Both the position numbers and the translations under genes were made by a program. A stretch of 64,000 nucleotides of DNA from Eubacteriales bacterium (GTDB lineage: Bacteria > Bacillota > Clostridia > Oscillospirales > CAG-382), in NCBI GenBank assembly GCA_045542335.1, contig JAZQKV010000105.1, forward strand, positions 1,377 through 65,376. Direction: 5' to 3'. Shown here piece after piece: positions 1-10,193 of this stretch (position 1 is the stretch's first letter; each line of letters opens with the position of its first letter). The notes below the pieces were generated by a model, which was not told where the DNA came from, made no database searches, and saw only the letters and a list, made by a program, of their open reading frames with translations.

Positions 1-2
1 AT

Positions 3-869
3 TGGTGGACCGATTGCGATGATTGTGTCGCCCTGCGCATCCTTGCTCGTGCACATAAAAATAGAGAAATCCACCTCCTCGCTATAGGCATCAACGCCTG
101 CATGGAGTGTTCCGCCCCATCAATCGAAGGCTTTCTCAATGTCGAAGGCGTTTCCAATATCCCCCTTTGTATTGACCATCAAGCTACTCTTTTCGGTGGT
201 AATCCTCCATATCAGAAGAATCTGAGCAAATACTCCAAACGTGTCCTGTCTAACTCTGATATTCCCGATGCCGTCACCCTTTACAGAAGCATCCTTGTAA
301 ATGCTCTCAACAATGGAGAAATGCTTGAAATCATCGAAATTGGCTTCCCTCAGCTTCTTACCGGGTTGCTCTTGTCTAATCCCGATGCAGCTTGTCCTCT
401 CAATGGTGTTGAACTTGTTGGCAAGACCGTCTCTAAAATCTGGGTCATGGCAGGAAAATGGGATAAGCAGGGCGAAAAGGAGCATAACTTTTCTCTCAAC
501 GAGTTTGTGAGCCATAATGCTTGCGCCTTTTGTGACACTTGCCCTGTTCCTATTACCTTTCTTGGATGGGAGGTTGGTTTTGATGTCATTACCGGTAGTA
601 AGCTAAATGATGATGACCCACTTCGTATTGCTATGCTCGATCATGGCTCTGTAAATGGTCGCTCATCCTGGGATCCAATGCTTGCAGTTCTTGCGCTCGT
701 TGGTGACGAAGAGAAAGCCGGATACTATACCGTAACCGGTAAGGCCTCCGTCAACGCGCTGACCGGTCAGAATTTCTTTTGTGAGAACCCTCAAGGCTTG
801 CATAAATATGTCGTCCGTAAATTTGATGCTGATTATTACCGTGATATTATCGATAACCTGATTATGTAA
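3..869 (+). CDS. Nucleoside hydrolase family protein (IU-NH-like), 5'-partial
   Basis: Frame is open from base 3 (WWTDCDDCVALRIL...). The D-rich N-terminal motif resembles the DxDxxxDD Ca-binding motif, and the C-terminus has RSSWDPMLAV. True start lies outside the window. Confidence 0.7.
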   Translation, partial: WWTDCDDCVALRILARAHKNREIHLLAIGINACMECSAPSIEGFLNVEGVSNIPLCIDHQATLFGGNPPYQKNLSKYSKRVLSNSDIPDAVTLYRSILVNALNNGEMLEIIEIGFPQLLTGLLLSNPDAACPLNGVELVGKTVSKIWVMAGKWDKQGEKEHNFSLNEFVSHNACAFCDTCPVPITFLGWEVGFDVITGSKLNDDDPLRIAMLDHGSVNGRSSWDPMLAVLALVGDEEKAGYYTVTGKASVNALTGQNFFCENPQGLHKYVVRKFDADYYRDIIDNLIM

Positions 870-892
870 AGGCGAGGTCACCCTCGCCTTTT
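868..892. terminator. Bidirectional intrinsic terminator between convergent genes
   Basis: AAAGGCGAGG-tcac-CCTCGCCTTT perfect stem with A/T-rich flanks. Confidence 0.75.
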
Positions 893-1664
893 ATATATTC
901 TTCTTTATCCTCTCAAGCGCACCTTTCTCAAGCCTCGAAACCTGTGCCTGGCTTATGCTTATTTCCTTTGCAACCTCCATTTGTGTCTTGCCGTCGTAAA
1001 AGCGCATGAGAATTATCTTTCTTTCCCTCGGCGATAGCCGTGAAATTGCCTGATTTATCGCTATACTCTCAAGCCAGGATTCATCTGTGTTTTTGTCGTC
1101 ACTTATCTGATCCATAATGTAAATTGAATCTCCGTTTTCAGAATATACAGGCTCATATAGTGAAATCGGGTCGACAATCGCATCAAGAGCGTTGACAACT
1201 TCCTCCTTTTTTACTTCCAGTACCTTTGCTATCTCTTCAATTTTCGGCTCTCTGCCAAGACTTGCACAAAGCTGCTCTTTCGCCTGTAATGCCTTGTAAG
1301 CAAGATCTCTGACCGACCTTGAAACTCTGATTGCATTGTTGTCCCTGAAATATCTGCGAAGCTCCCCAATTATCATCGGTACTGCATATGTCGAAAACTT
1401 CAACCCCAAATCAATGTCAAAATTGTCAATTGCCTTTATAAGTCCTATACACCCCACTTGAAAAAGGTCATCAGGATTCTCTCCACGTCCCGAAAAACGC
1501 TTAATAACGCTTAATATTAGCTTGAGATTTCCCGAAATGAGCTGTTCTCTCGCTTGCATATCTCCGTTTTTTACTCTTTTTAGTAACTCCGTTTTTTCCT
1601 TTTCGTTTAGTACTTTTAGCTTTGATGTGTTGACTCCGCATATTTCAACTTTGCCATTGTTCAT
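891..1664 (-). CDS. sigG: Forespore sporulation sigma factor SigG
   Basis: N-terminus KVEICGVNTSKL, plus DDLFQVGCIGLIKAIDNFD, FSTYAVPMIIGELRRY and TQMEVAKEISISQAQVSRLEK. ATG at 1664 follows a GGGGG SD. Confidence 0.93.
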   Translation of the reverse strand: MNNGKVEICGVNTSKLKVLNEKEKTELLKRVKNGDMQAREQLISGNLKLILSVIKRFSGRGENPDDLFQVGCIGLIKAIDNFDIDLGLKFSTYAVPMIIGELRRYFRDNNAIRVSRSVRDLAYKALQAKEQLCASLGREPKIEEIAKVLEVKKEEVVNALDAIVDPISLYEPVYSENGDSIYIMDQISDDKNTDESWLESIAINQAISRLSPRERKIILMRFYDGKTQMEVAKEISISQAQVSRLEKGALERIKKNI

Positions 1665-1727
1665 ACTCTTTTCCCCCAAAAAATTTACGTGATTTGGAAG
1701 CTGTTCCTTTATCATCTCACATTTTTG

Positions 1728-1756
1728 AGTATTTCCAATTTAAGTGGCATAAATTC
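1728..1756 (-). promoter_or_regulatory. Putative SigF/SigG-type promoter of sigG
   Basis: GAATT-N15-GGAAATACT on the minus strand, an imperfect match to the B. subtilis SigF consensus GyATA-N15-GGnrAnAnT. Confidence 0.35.
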
Positions 1757-1970
1757 ATATTTCATGTGTTGTCAAAATCTGTATATTTATTCTTGTTTGT
1801 GTGTGCATGTTGGTTGTTTTTGATACATATACAAAAAGCTTGCAAACCTGTTTGGTTGTGCAAGCTTTTAATGTATAAAAACTCAAAGAATGTTTCTTTT
1901 TATTATGAGTTCTCAAAAAGGCGTTTATTGAAATCTCTCTTTTTGTTTAAGTGGTAGAATTGAAATTTGT

Positions 1971-2672
1971 TTATTTTTCAATTATGTCCCTGATAACCTC
2001 TCCTGCAATAATCATGCCCGCAACAGGTGGCACAAACGAAATTGATGCCGGCAGCCGTTTCTCCCCGTCATCGGGCGAAATTGGCACTTCATCACTCCAA
2101 AGTACCTTTAATGATTTTATTCCTCGTGACTTAAGCTCACGACGCATAACCCTCGCAAGTGGGCAAACACTTGTCTTGTAAATGTCGGAAATCCTGAATG
2201 CACACGGGTCAAGCTTGTTTCCCGTTCCCATTGAGGAAATCAGCGGAATATCAAGTGACGTGCAAGTTACGGCAAGGGCAATTTTTGCAGAAACATTGTC
2301 AATTGCATCAACAACATAGTCCGGCTTGTAGTTGCTCAATAATTCGGGAATGTTTTCGGGGGTGAGAAAAAGCTCAATCGGTATCGCATTTATATTCGGG
2401 TTAATGTCGAGAACACGTTTTTTCGCCGCTTGTGTCTTTGGAAGACCTATGACCTCTGTTGTCGCCACAAGTTGACGGTTGAGGTTGGTTACATCAACCA
2501 TGTCATTGTCAATAAGAAACAGTGTTCCCACGCCTGCTCTGACAAGCGCTTCAACAACGCCTCCTCCAACACCGCCAAGACCGCAAATCATAACTTTTGC
2601 ATTGCAGATTTTTTCAAATGCCGCCTCGCCGATAAGTCGTATTTCTCTGTCAAACATTGACCTTACTTCCAT
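1971..2672 (-). CDS. tcdA: tRNA threonylcarbamoyladenosine dehydratase (ThiF/TcdA family)
   Basis: GLGGVGG nucleotide-binding motif, DVTNLNRQ, SSMGTGNKLDP, TSVCPLARVMRREL, SISFVPPVAG. Confidence 0.85.
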   Translation of the reverse strand: MEVRSMFDREIRLIGEAAFEKICNAKVMICGLGGVGGGVVEALVRAGVGTLFLIDNDMVDVTNLNRQLVATTEVIGLPKTQAAKKRVLDINPNINAIPIELFLTPENIPELLSNYKPDYVVDAIDNVSAKIALAVTCTSLDIPLISSMGTGNKLDPCAFRISDIYKTSVCPLARVMRRELKSRGIKSLKVLWSDEVPISPDDGEKRLPASISFVPPVAGMIIAGEVIRDIIEK

Positions 2673-2737
2673 AGAATCCTCCGTGTGTTTTTATAAATCC
2701 GCCGTATTCACTTCACAGTGAACACGGCGGTAACTTT

Positions 2738-3658
2738 TTACTTTGCCTCTGCGTTAAAGCTTTCTTTCGCAACTGCGCACATTCCTGCAAGGCCTTGGAG
2801 GTCTGAGGGAATAATAAGCTTTGTTGCGTTGCCGTTTGCAACCTTTTCCATGGCTTCAAGGCTTCTGAGCTTGATTGCGGCATCTGTTGGAGCTGCTTCA
2901 TTGATAAGCTTCAAGCCGTCTGCAACTGCCTGCTGAACGCTGAGAATAGCCTGCGCTTCACCCTCAGCTTCTCTGATTTTTGCCTCTTTGATGGCTTCTG
3001 CCGCAAGGATTGCAGCTGCTTTGTCTGCCTCTGCCTGGAGTATTTTGGATTCCTTCTGACCCTCTGCAATAAGAATTGCAGACTTCTTTTCTCCCTCTGC
3101 CTGAAGAACCTTTTCACGGCGTTCACGCTCGGCTCTCATCTGCTTTTCCATGGCATCCTGAATGTCACGGGGAGGAATAATGTTCTTGAGTTCGACTCTG
3201 TTTATTTTGATTCCCCAGGGGTCAGTTGCTTCGTCGAGAATTGCACGCATACGGGTGTTTATTACGTCACGGGAGGTAAGGGTGCTGTCAAGCTCAAGGT
3301 CGCCAATGATGTTTCTGAGTGTTGTAGCCGTGAGATTCTCGATGGCTACCATTGGCTTTTCAACGCCATATGCATAAAGCTTGGGGTCAGCAATCTGATA
3401 GTAAACAACTGTGTCAATCTGCATATGCACGTTATCTTTTGTGATAACGGGCTGGGGAGGGAAGTCAACTACCTGTTCTTTGAGTGACATTGTCTTTGCA
3501 ATTTTGTCGATGAAAGGAACTTTAATGTGTATTCCGGTGTTCCATGTTCCAAGATATGCACCAAGACGCTCAATAACGTAAGCATTTGCCTGAGGAACAA
3601 TTTTAATGTTGGAAATGATGATAGCAAATATAATTGCAATTATAATAAGAGCTTCCAT
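2738..3658 (-). CDS. SPFH/band 7 (stomatin-like, QmcA) membrane protein
   Basis: N-terminal TM helix, VITKDNV, LRNIIGDLELD, WGIKINRVE, EKQMRAERERR coiled coil. Adjacent to nfeD. Confidence 0.9.
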   Translation of the reverse strand: MEALIIIAIIFAIIISNIKIVPQANAYVIERLGAYLGTWNTGIHIKVPFIDKIAKTMSLKEQVVDFPPQPVITKDNVHMQIDTVVYYQIADPKLYAYGVEKPMVAIENLTATTLRNIIGDLELDSTLTSRDVINTRMRAILDEATDPWGIKINRVELKNIIPPRDIQDAMEKQMRAERERREKVLQAEGEKKSAILIAEGQKESKILQAEADKAAAILAAEAIKEAKIREAEGEAQAILSVQQAVADGLKLINEAAPTDAAIKLRSLEAMEKVANGNATKLIIPSDLQGLAGMCAVAKESFNAEAK

Positions 3659-3685
3659 AATACAAACCTCCGTAAAAATGTTTTG

Positions 3686-4132
3686 TTATTTCTGTGTGGT
3701 AAAAACTTGCTTTTCGGTTTTTGCACAAACAAGCTTAACGCCCTCAATGGCTAAAACCTCAACTGCGCTTCCCTCGGGAATCTCGCTGTTGTCAACGCTT
3801 ACTGCACTCCAGCTTTGCGCACCTGCCTTAACCCTGCCTCTGCCGTCGACGGGAATTGTTTGCTCAACAAGACAAACAGTGCCGATAATTGCATCGGTAT
3901 TTGTCGGGACACGCTTTCGTATAAGCTTCTTTCGCCACACACAAACGTAAAGAATAAGAAGCACCGCCGAAATTACCACAAAAACCACAATCTGAATTGT
4001 AATGTTTTCTGTAATCAACGAAGTTATCATTGCGCCAAAAGCACCCACAGCAAACCATGTCGCAATGAGAGCAGTTGTCGCCGCTTCAAGACAAAGTGAA
4101 AACACTAAAATTCCAAGCCAGATGTAAATCAT
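3686..4132 (-). CDS. NfeD family membrane protein (C-terminal OB fold)
   Basis: Hydrophobic N-terminal helices, then GRVKAGAQSWSA...VEVLAIEGVKL. Canonical partner of SPFH genes. Confidence 0.85.
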   Translation of the reverse strand: MIYIWLGILVFSLCLEAATTALIATWFAVGAFGAMITSLITENITIQIVVFVVISAVLLILYVCVWRKKLIRKRVPTNTDAIIGTVCLVEQTIPVDGRGRVKAGAQSWSAVSVDNSEIPEGSAVEVLAIEGVKLVCAKTEKQVFTTQK

Positions 4133-4236
4133 AGCACACCCCTTTCGTTGCACTGCACAAAACGTGCAGGGTTAAAGTTTTCGGAACAGCAAATCTTTGT
4201 AAAGCGTAAAAATAACACTGCTTTCAAAATACAGAA

Positions 4237-4998
4237 TCACTCATCGTCGGGAAATTCGTCGTCAAAGTCGTCGCCTTCCGAGTAATATCTGCCGCTGTTT
4301 TTGTCATTTATGTATTTGCCGATTACCTCTTTAATGTCGGAATAGCCGTAGCCATATCGACTGAGCGATGATGTGAGCTTGTTCTTGTCGGTTATCTTTT
4401 TTCTTACCACAAGCTTTTTGCAAAGCTTTTCAAGAACTTCGCCAAAATCAATTTCATTCTCGGCAAGCTCAAATGCCGCCCTTATGGAATAATCGGTAAA
4501 TCCTTTTGCTTTTAGCTCACGCTTTATTCTGTAAGGTCCAAAACCCTTTGTTTCGGCGTAAGCTCTGATTTTTCGTGTACAAATGGCAGTTTCGTCGAGT
4601 ATGCCGTTTTTCTTTAACAACTCTGTTGCCGCTTGTGCCGCCTCAGGAGAAAACTCCTTTTCTTTGAGCTTTGCGATAAGAGCCTTTTCGCTTTTGTCGC
4701 CAAAAGTCAGAAACCAGGAAAGGTACTTTACAGCAGAAAGCTTTTCTGCAAGAAATTCAAGGTGGTTTTCTGACAAGACTCTTATTCCGCAGGGATAACC
4801 ATCCTCTTTTTCAAGGGACGGAAGTCCCAGTTGCCTGTAATCTGCGGCTGAAATGCGAAACTCACCAATGTCTGTGTAAATTTTGTATTCGCCGCCCCTG
4901 TCGGAGCAGGTGGCCGATGAAACTGTGACAACAAAGCTTTCATCCCTTGAAAATCCCTTTTGTGTGCCTGAAGAATCACCGCCGCCCAAAATACTCAT
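4237..4998 (-). CDS. recX: RecX family regulator
   Basis: Starts in a TAATG overlap with recA. Contains KSEKALIAKL, GILDE, FGPYRIKRELKAKGF and LSRYGY helical repeats. Confidence 0.8.
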   Translation of the reverse strand: MSILGGGDSSGTQKGFSRDESFVVTVSSATCSDRGGEYKIYTDIGEFRISAADYRQLGLPSLEKEDGYPCGIRVLSENHLEFLAEKLSAVKYLSWFLTFGDKSEKALIAKLKEKEFSPEAAQAATELLKKNGILDETAICTRKIRAYAETKGFGPYRIKRELKAKGFTDYSIRAAFELAENEIDFGEVLEKLCKKLVVRKKITDKNKLTSSLSRYGYGYSDIKEVIGKYINDKNSGRYYSEGDDFDDEFPDDE

Positions 4999-6098
4999 TA
5001 TTCAAAATCCTCGGGAAGAATGTCCTCTGAATCGTCGGATGCGCCTGTAGCAACCTCATCGGATTGTCCCTCAACAACTGCCTTGCGGATTTTTTCTTCA
5101 ATTTCTGCTGCAAGAGCCTTATCCTCGATGAAAAGCTCACGGAGCTTGTCCCTGCCCTGGCAAAGACGCTGGTCGTTATAGGAGAACCATGAGCCACTCT
5201 TCTGCAGGATGTCCATGTTCACGCCCATTTCGATAAGCTCGCTTTCCTTGGAGATGCCATGACCGTACATAATGTCAAATTCAGCTGTTCTGAAAGGCGG
5301 CGCAACCTTGTTCTTTACAACCTTACACTTTGTGTGGTTACCCTGAACTTCGTCGCCACTCTTTATCTGTTCGCTTCTTCTTATATCTACTCTTACAGAG
5401 GCATAATACTTGAGCGCAAGACCGCCGGGAGTTGTTTCGGGGTTGCCGTAGAGAACGCCGACCTTCTGACGGAGCTGATTTATGAAAATAACCGCACAGT
5501 TTGACTTTGCAATTGCGCCTGAGAGTTTACGCAGAGCCTGTGACATAAGTCTTGCCTGAAGGCCGACATGGGAGTCGCCCATTTCGCCGTCGATTTCGGC
5601 TCTCGGAACGAGGGCGGCAACAGAGTCAACAACAACAAGGTCAATTGCGCCCGAACGAACAAGAGCTTCTGTGATTTCAAGTGCATCCTCACCACAGTCC
5701 GGCTGTGAAACAAGGAGATTTTCAATGTTGATGCCCAAAGCCTTTGCATAAACGGGGTCAAGAGCGTGTTCGGCATCAATAAATGCCGCTTCGCCGCCTG
5801 CCTTTTGTGTTTCTGCAATGGCATGAAGTGCAACAGTTGTTTTACCGGAGCTTTCCGGTCCGTATATTTCAATAATTCTTCCTCTCGGGAAGCCGCCAAT
5901 ACCAAGTGCAATGTCGAGTGTGAGAGAACCCGAAGAAATTGCACTTACGTTCATTGCAACATTTTCGGAAAGCTTCATGATTGAGCCTTTGCCGAAATCC
6001 TTTGTGATCTGGTCGATAGCAGCATTCAGCGCACGCTGTTTTGCTGCGTCAGAGCCTTCCTCAACAATTTCGCCTGTTTTCTTTTTCTTTTCAGCCAT
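4998..6098 (-). CDS. recA: Recombinase RecA
   Basis: GPESSGKTT Walker [36 protein letters not shown]. Confidence 0.98.
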   Translation of the reverse strand: MAEKKKKTGEIVEEGSDAAKQRALNAAIDQITKDFGKGSIMKLSENVAMNVSAISSGSLTLDIALGIGGFPRGRIIEIYGPESSGKTTVALHAIAETQKAGGEAAFIDAEHALDPVYAKALGINIENLLVSQPDCGEDALEITEALVRSGAIDLVVVDSVAALVPRAEIDGEMGDSHVGLQARLMSQALRKLSGAIAKSNCAVIFINQLRQKVGVLYGNPETTPGGLALKYYASVRVDIRRSEQIKSGDEVQGNHTKCKVVKNKVAPPFRTAEFDIMYGHGISKESELIEMGVNMDILQKSGSWFSYNDQRLCQGRDKLRELFIEDKALAAEIEEKIRKAVVEGQSDEVATGASDDSEDILPEDFE

Positions 6099-6296
6099 TC
6101 TTCTTAATCCTTTCAATCTGATTTTTATAAGTACGTTTTTTCACAATGATAATTCAGCTTAATCTGCGGAGCGTGACTCCACGAGAAGTTGCTCCATGTA
6201 AATTTGCTTCGCAAAGTCTGTGGTACCGGAGATGTCCGGCTCATTTGCTATATTTGCCTGCGCCTGAAAAACGAGCACAACAATATCTTTAACGTA

Positions 6297-6325
6297 ATTC
6301 TATCATAATACCCCAACTGTTGCAA
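6297..6325 (-). promoter_or_regulatory. SigA-type promoter of recA
   Basis: TTGCAA-N17-TAGAAT on the minus strand, about 200 nt upstream of the recA ATG. Confidence 0.6.
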
Positions 6326-6346
6326 GGGAATATTATGAAAATTATG

Positions 6347-6360
6347 CGAACATTTGTATC
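6347..6360. promoter_or_regulatory. LexA (SOS/Cheo) box upstream of recA
   Basis: CGAAC-ATTT-GTATC, a near match to Firmicute CGAAC-N4-GTTYG/C, located just upstream of the recA -35. Confidence 0.55.
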
Positions 6361-6375
6361 TTTTTTGTCTTTGAA

Positions 6376-7524
6376 TCAAAGGTCAAAAAATGACATTGGT
6401 TCATCGAGCGCACGGCAAAGAACATTTGCATTTGCACCTTTAAGCATCGCTTTATTGTCATAGGGGCGCACAACAACCTTTAAGTCGTCTTTTGATACAG
6501 TTTCAAAGACATATTTTTCAAGCTTATCTCGCAGAAACTCATGGGCAATTGCAAGCTTGTCCGAAACCACGACAACGTCCGGGTCAATCATTCTTGAAAT
6601 GCTGATAATTCCAATTGCAAGATATGAGCATACTTTGTCAAGTGCCTTGCAAGCCGCTTCGTCATTGTTGTTGACAAGCTCAAGTATTTCTTCGGTGCTT
6701 AACTTTTTGCCCGTGTTTGTTATTTCGGAATAATATCTTTCCAAAGCTGTTGTTGAACAGTAATTCTCAAGACAACCTCTGTTTTTGCATCGGCAAAGCT
6801 CTCCATTCGGGTCAATGGAAATGTGACCGATTTCGCCTGCAAGTCCGTGGCTTCCTTTTGAGGGCAGACCGTTGTGAAGAACCGCAGAGCCAACACCTGT
6901 GTAATTTACAATGTGGCACATAACAGAGGGCTTTTCTTCGATGTTGAAATGGTATTCATTAAGTGCGGCGCAAACAGCATCATTCTCAACAAACACCCTG
7001 CAGTCAAACTTGCTTTCAAAGGTTTGCGCAAGCACCTTTCCGTCGTCTGTTTCGTCGCCGTAAAAGCGGGGGACGCTGATTCCGATACCCAACAGCTTTG
7101 CTTTGCCCTTTATTCTTGCGACAAGCTTTTTTGTAAGCTCAAGAGCCTTGTGCGTCATTTCAGCGGTGTTGCCGAAGGTGTAATAATCCTCGAGAATCTT
7201 GTCTGTTTTTCCGGCAAGATTGCAGGTGCAGGCGCACATATATCCTCTTACAACATAAAGTCCGACAGTGCGGTATGCATCATTGTTAAGCTCAAGGTAA
7301 ATCGGCGGTCTTCCACGGCTTGATTTTTCCGAGCGTGTTTCGGTTACAAGTCCGGACTCCATAAGGCGGGAGATAATTTTTGTAATTGTTGCCTGACGAA
7401 GCCCTGTCATAATGGAGATGTCAATTCGCGAAATATCCTTGTGACCGTGAATCAACTTTAACGCCGCAGAAATATTCTTTTCTTTAATGGTGTCAAGATT
7501 CTCGCCTATTTTTTGCGTATTTAT
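6376..7524 (-). CDS. ROK family transcriptional regulator (NagC/XylR-like), probable ATA start
   Basis: HTH SRIDISIMTGLRQATITKI, GRPP, VFVENDAVCAA, GLAGEIGH and CRCKNRGCLE Zn motif. Frame extends upstream of the TTG at 7455 to an ATA at 7524 with a GGGGG SD. Confidence 0.88.
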   Translation of the reverse strand: MNTQKIGENLDTIKEKNISAALKLIHGHKDISRIDISIMTGLRQATITKIISRLMESGLVTETRSEKSSRGRPPIYLELNNDAYRTVGLYVVRGYMCACTCNLAGKTDKILEDYYTFGNTAEMTHKALELTKKLVARIKGKAKLLGIGISVPRFYGDETDDGKVLAQTFESKFDCRVFVENDAVCAALNEYHFNIEEKPSVMCHIVNYTGVGSAVLHNGLPSKGSHGLAGEIGHISIDPNGELCRCKNRGCLENYCSTTALERYYSEITNTGKKLSTEEILELVNNNDEAACKALDKVCSYLAIGIISISRMIDPDVVVVSDKLAIAHEFLRDKLEKYVFETVSKDDLKVVVRPYDNKAMLKGANANVLCRALDEPMSFFDL

Positions 7525-7573
7525 GTCTTTTACCCCCTTTTAAAGGTTGTAAGATAGTTTCTTTCCTCCTTTT

Positions 7574-7602
7574 ATTATATCATGTGTCGCAGTTTTTGTC
7601 AA
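7574..7602 (-). promoter_or_regulatory. Consensus SigA promoter of the ROK regulator
   Basis: TTGACA-N17-TATAAT with an extended TG on the minus strand. Confidence 0.8.
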
Positions 7603-7956
7603 TAACCTTGAAAAAATCTTTTCTCAAAGATGACAGAGCACAAAGCGACAAGTGTGGTTAAAAAAAGTGCGTTGATGTGAGCGATTATGCAAACGGAAGT
7701 TTAATGATTTCGCCGCATAATTACTCAAAACTCAAAAATCATCACCTGTTTTGGGGTAAATATTTGCAAAATCTTATAGAAAACCTTGCAATTATGTGGT
7801 ATCATAATATTGGGAGATGGTTTGGCACACTTTTCTTTCCACCGTGTCTTTATTATACATCAAGTGCTGTCCCTTTTTTGGGACTTTACTATAAATCGCA
7901 ATAGGTTCTTATTTTTTGAAATAAGTAATAGAATAGAAAGAGGGGAGTGAGCCCGT

Positions 7957-9687
7957 GTGAAAAATCAGGCTAATGGAGAATATTCATTTTCAAAGCTTTG
8001 CAAACATTTCAGAATAAAGAGAACAAAGGTCATTAAAGCTATTGTGCTTACGGCGGTTGTCATGCTTGTTTGCACGGGATTTCTTTCTGCATCGGCAAAG
8101 TCCCCTGCAATTGTGAGTCCATGGGCAATGGAGGTTGTTGAAGCGGCAAATCTTGCGGGAATACTGCCTGCCGAAATGTTCCCGACAGACTACAAGGCAG
8201 ACATAACCAGGCATCAGATTGCTGTGCTTGTTGCCAACGCCTACGACAGAATAACGGGCACGACGGGAAGCGAAAATGATCCGGGATTTGCGGACATTGA
8301 CGAATACGCTGAAAAGAGAATTAAATCCCTTGGCATAATGAACGGAAAGGGCGGCGACCTTTTTAAACCTTATGACAATCTGACAAGGCAGGAAATGGCA
8401 AAAATAATTGTTTCGCTGAAGTCTGTCATCGACGGCGAGCAAATCCCCGAAAGCTATGAAAATCCGCCGCTTTCGGATTTTGAGAGTGTTGCTCAATGGG
8501 CAAAACCATTTGTTGCGGCTTCTTTTGCTAACGGAATTTTCAAAGGTCGTTCAGACGGTGCATTTCATCCGGTGGACAATCTCACAATTGAAGAAGCAAT
8601 TGCGGTTGTTATGAGAATAAACCGTCTGCCGGCTGTGGCAAAGCCTGTGATAAAGTCTGAATTTCTTTCCGAAGGTGCAATTCACACAGATGCTGAAATT
8701 ATAACAGTTTCCGTGGAAAATGCAAAGGGCGGTTTTGAGCTTTTCAATTGTTGCAAAACCGAAACGGGAACATATGTGACAACGCTCGGTAACACAACTT
8801 CTTCCTCAATGACAATTCACACCGCAAGCTTTATGGGTAACGGAACTCACTATCTTTTTGCACGTTGTGCAGACGGAGTTTTTTCAGACCCTGTGGAAAT
8901 GGTTCCATACTCCGCAAATGCCGGTCTTCGTACAAGCATTTACAACCCCGATGAATACACAAATCAGGTAACGGTGAACTGGAATCGTGTGGCGATGGCG
9001 GATTCATACACCCTCACCATCAGCGAAACACGATACACCGCAGGCATTGGGGACATTGGCTATGGTCCGACAAAGGTTTATGAATTTGACGACGAAACAA
9101 GTTTTACCTTTGAAGCTTATCCAAATATCACCTATACAATTGAGCTCATGGCAGGAAACTTCTTTGAAACGTGTACGCTTGCCGTGGATTTTGTCACCGA
9201 CAAGGACATTGCTTCAGCAATCAAGGCTTCTTATCCAACCACCAAAGCTGAGGCGCAGGCACTCATGAAAAGCGTGACAGTTCCTGTGTGGAAAATACGA
9301 GATGGCAAAAAAGTTGCCTCTCAGCTTACAGTTGATGTGCATAACCTTATTGCCGACAAGGTTGAGGCGGCATTTAACGATATTTTCAATGGCCCCGAAA
9401 AAGCACCGATTTATACAATCGGAGGCTTTGCATGGCGAGGCGGCAGGTCAGAGCATAATGTGGGCACAGCTCTTGACTTGAACCCTGACGAAAACTATTG
9501 CCTTTACAGCAGCGGCGCAATTGTTGGCTCATATTGGAAGCCCGACGAGGACGAGTATTCATTTTCACCCTATGGCGATGTTGTGAAGTGCTTTGAAAAA
9601 TACGGCTTCACATGGGGCGGCGATGCATGGTTCAACGGCGTGTACGGTACTCGGGACTATATGCATTTTTCTTACATGGGAACATAA
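7957..9687 (+). CDS. Secreted SLH-domain protein with C-terminal M15 family (D-Ala-D-Ala/L-Ala-D-Glu) Zn peptidase
   Basis: Signal-like hydrophobic segment, three SLH repeats (ITRHQIA, LTRQEMA, LTIEEA), an Fn3-like middle region, and M15 motifs R...SEHNVGTALD and DYMHFS. Confidence 0.8.
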   Translation: MKNQANGEYSFSKLCKHFRIKRTKVIKAIVLTAVVMLVCTGFLSASAKSPAIVSPWAMEVVEAANLAGILPAEMFPTDYKADITRHQIAVLVANAYDRITGTTGSENDPGFADIDEYAEKRIKSLGIMNGKGGDLFKPYDNLTRQEMAKIIVSLKSVIDGEQIPESYENPPLSDFESVAQWAKPFVAASFANGIFKGRSDGAFHPVDNLTIEEAIAVVMRINRLPAVAKPVIKSEFLSEGAIHTDAEIITVSVENAKGGFELFNCCKTETGTYVTTLGNTTSSSMTIHTASFMGNGTHYLFARCADGVFSDPVEMVPYSANAGLRTSIYNPDEYTNQVTVNWNRVAMADSYTLTISETRYTAGIGDIGYGPTKVYEFDDETSFTFEAYPNITYTIELMAGNFFETCTLAVDFVTDKDIASAIKASYPTTKAEAQALMKSVTVPVWKIRDGKKVASQLTVDVHNLIADKVEAAFNDIFNGPEKAPIYTIGGFAWRGGRSEHNVGTALDLNPDENYCLYSSGAIVGSYWKPDEDEYSFSPYGDVVKCFEKYGFTWGGDAWFNGVYGTRDYMHFSYMGT

Positions 9688-9701
9688 TTATAGAGTGTGC
9701 C

Positions 9702-9732
9702 AATGGGGAGTTTTCTATGAAAACTCCCCATT
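9702..9732. repeat. Diverged copy of the palindromic REP-like family, possible terminator
   Basis: AATGGGGAGTTTTC-tat-GAAAACTCCCCATT, followed by gaattcacagaaaagtttt, resembling the tails of the copies at 52718 and 61708. Confidence 0.5.
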
Positions 9733-10040
9733 TTTGAATTCACAGAAAAGTTTTACAAAGGGTGGGAGAGATTCATTGGGGGATTTGGTTTTGAGAGAGC
9801 GTTGTACAGCTTTGGGAGTGGTTTAAGATATTTATGAAGATAAAGCGTGATTTTAGTTTTGAAATTCTTGGCGGAGCGTGTGTGCGTTCTGTTTTTTTGC
9901 CGATATTTGTGATATTATGAACAAAGAGCGCAAAAATGTGAAGATTATCATGAAAATATACAACTTCTGTTTTGGTAAAGTAGCAAATCTGTAATTCTCG
10001 GTGAAAAAGCAAAGAGGGCGTAAAAAAATGGCGAATCAGG

Positions 10041-10069
10041 TTGACAATCAGCAGTTTTTGTGATATAAT
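10041..10069 (+). promoter_or_regulatory. Consensus SigA promoter of the large HTH protein
   Basis: TTGACA-N17-TATAAT with TG at the extended -10 position. Confidence 0.8.
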
Positions 10070-10091
10070 TTAAAAGCGTTCGAAAAAACTA

Positions 10092-10105
10092 TAAACAATT
10101 GTTTA
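10092..10105. promoter_or_regulatory. Perfect 14-bp palindrome, candidate operator
   Basis: TAAACAATTGTTTA, about 20 nt downstream of the -10 box. Confidence 0.4.
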
Positions 10106-10193
10106 CGGAATTTTGAAACTGTGGGGGATAACAGTGCTGATTCCGTGGGCAGTACAGCACGGTTTGATTACCGACACCATGGGAGGCGAGAAA

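Noticed and set aside
1-869. Nucleoside hydrolase as the edge of a horizontally acquired island
   Set aside because: Codon style looks slightly different, but the gene is truncated by the window and no att site or mobility gene is visible.
6158-6277. 39-codon GTG-initiated ORF in the recA leader
   Set aside because: No SD and no recognisable motif; cannot be supported from sequence alone.
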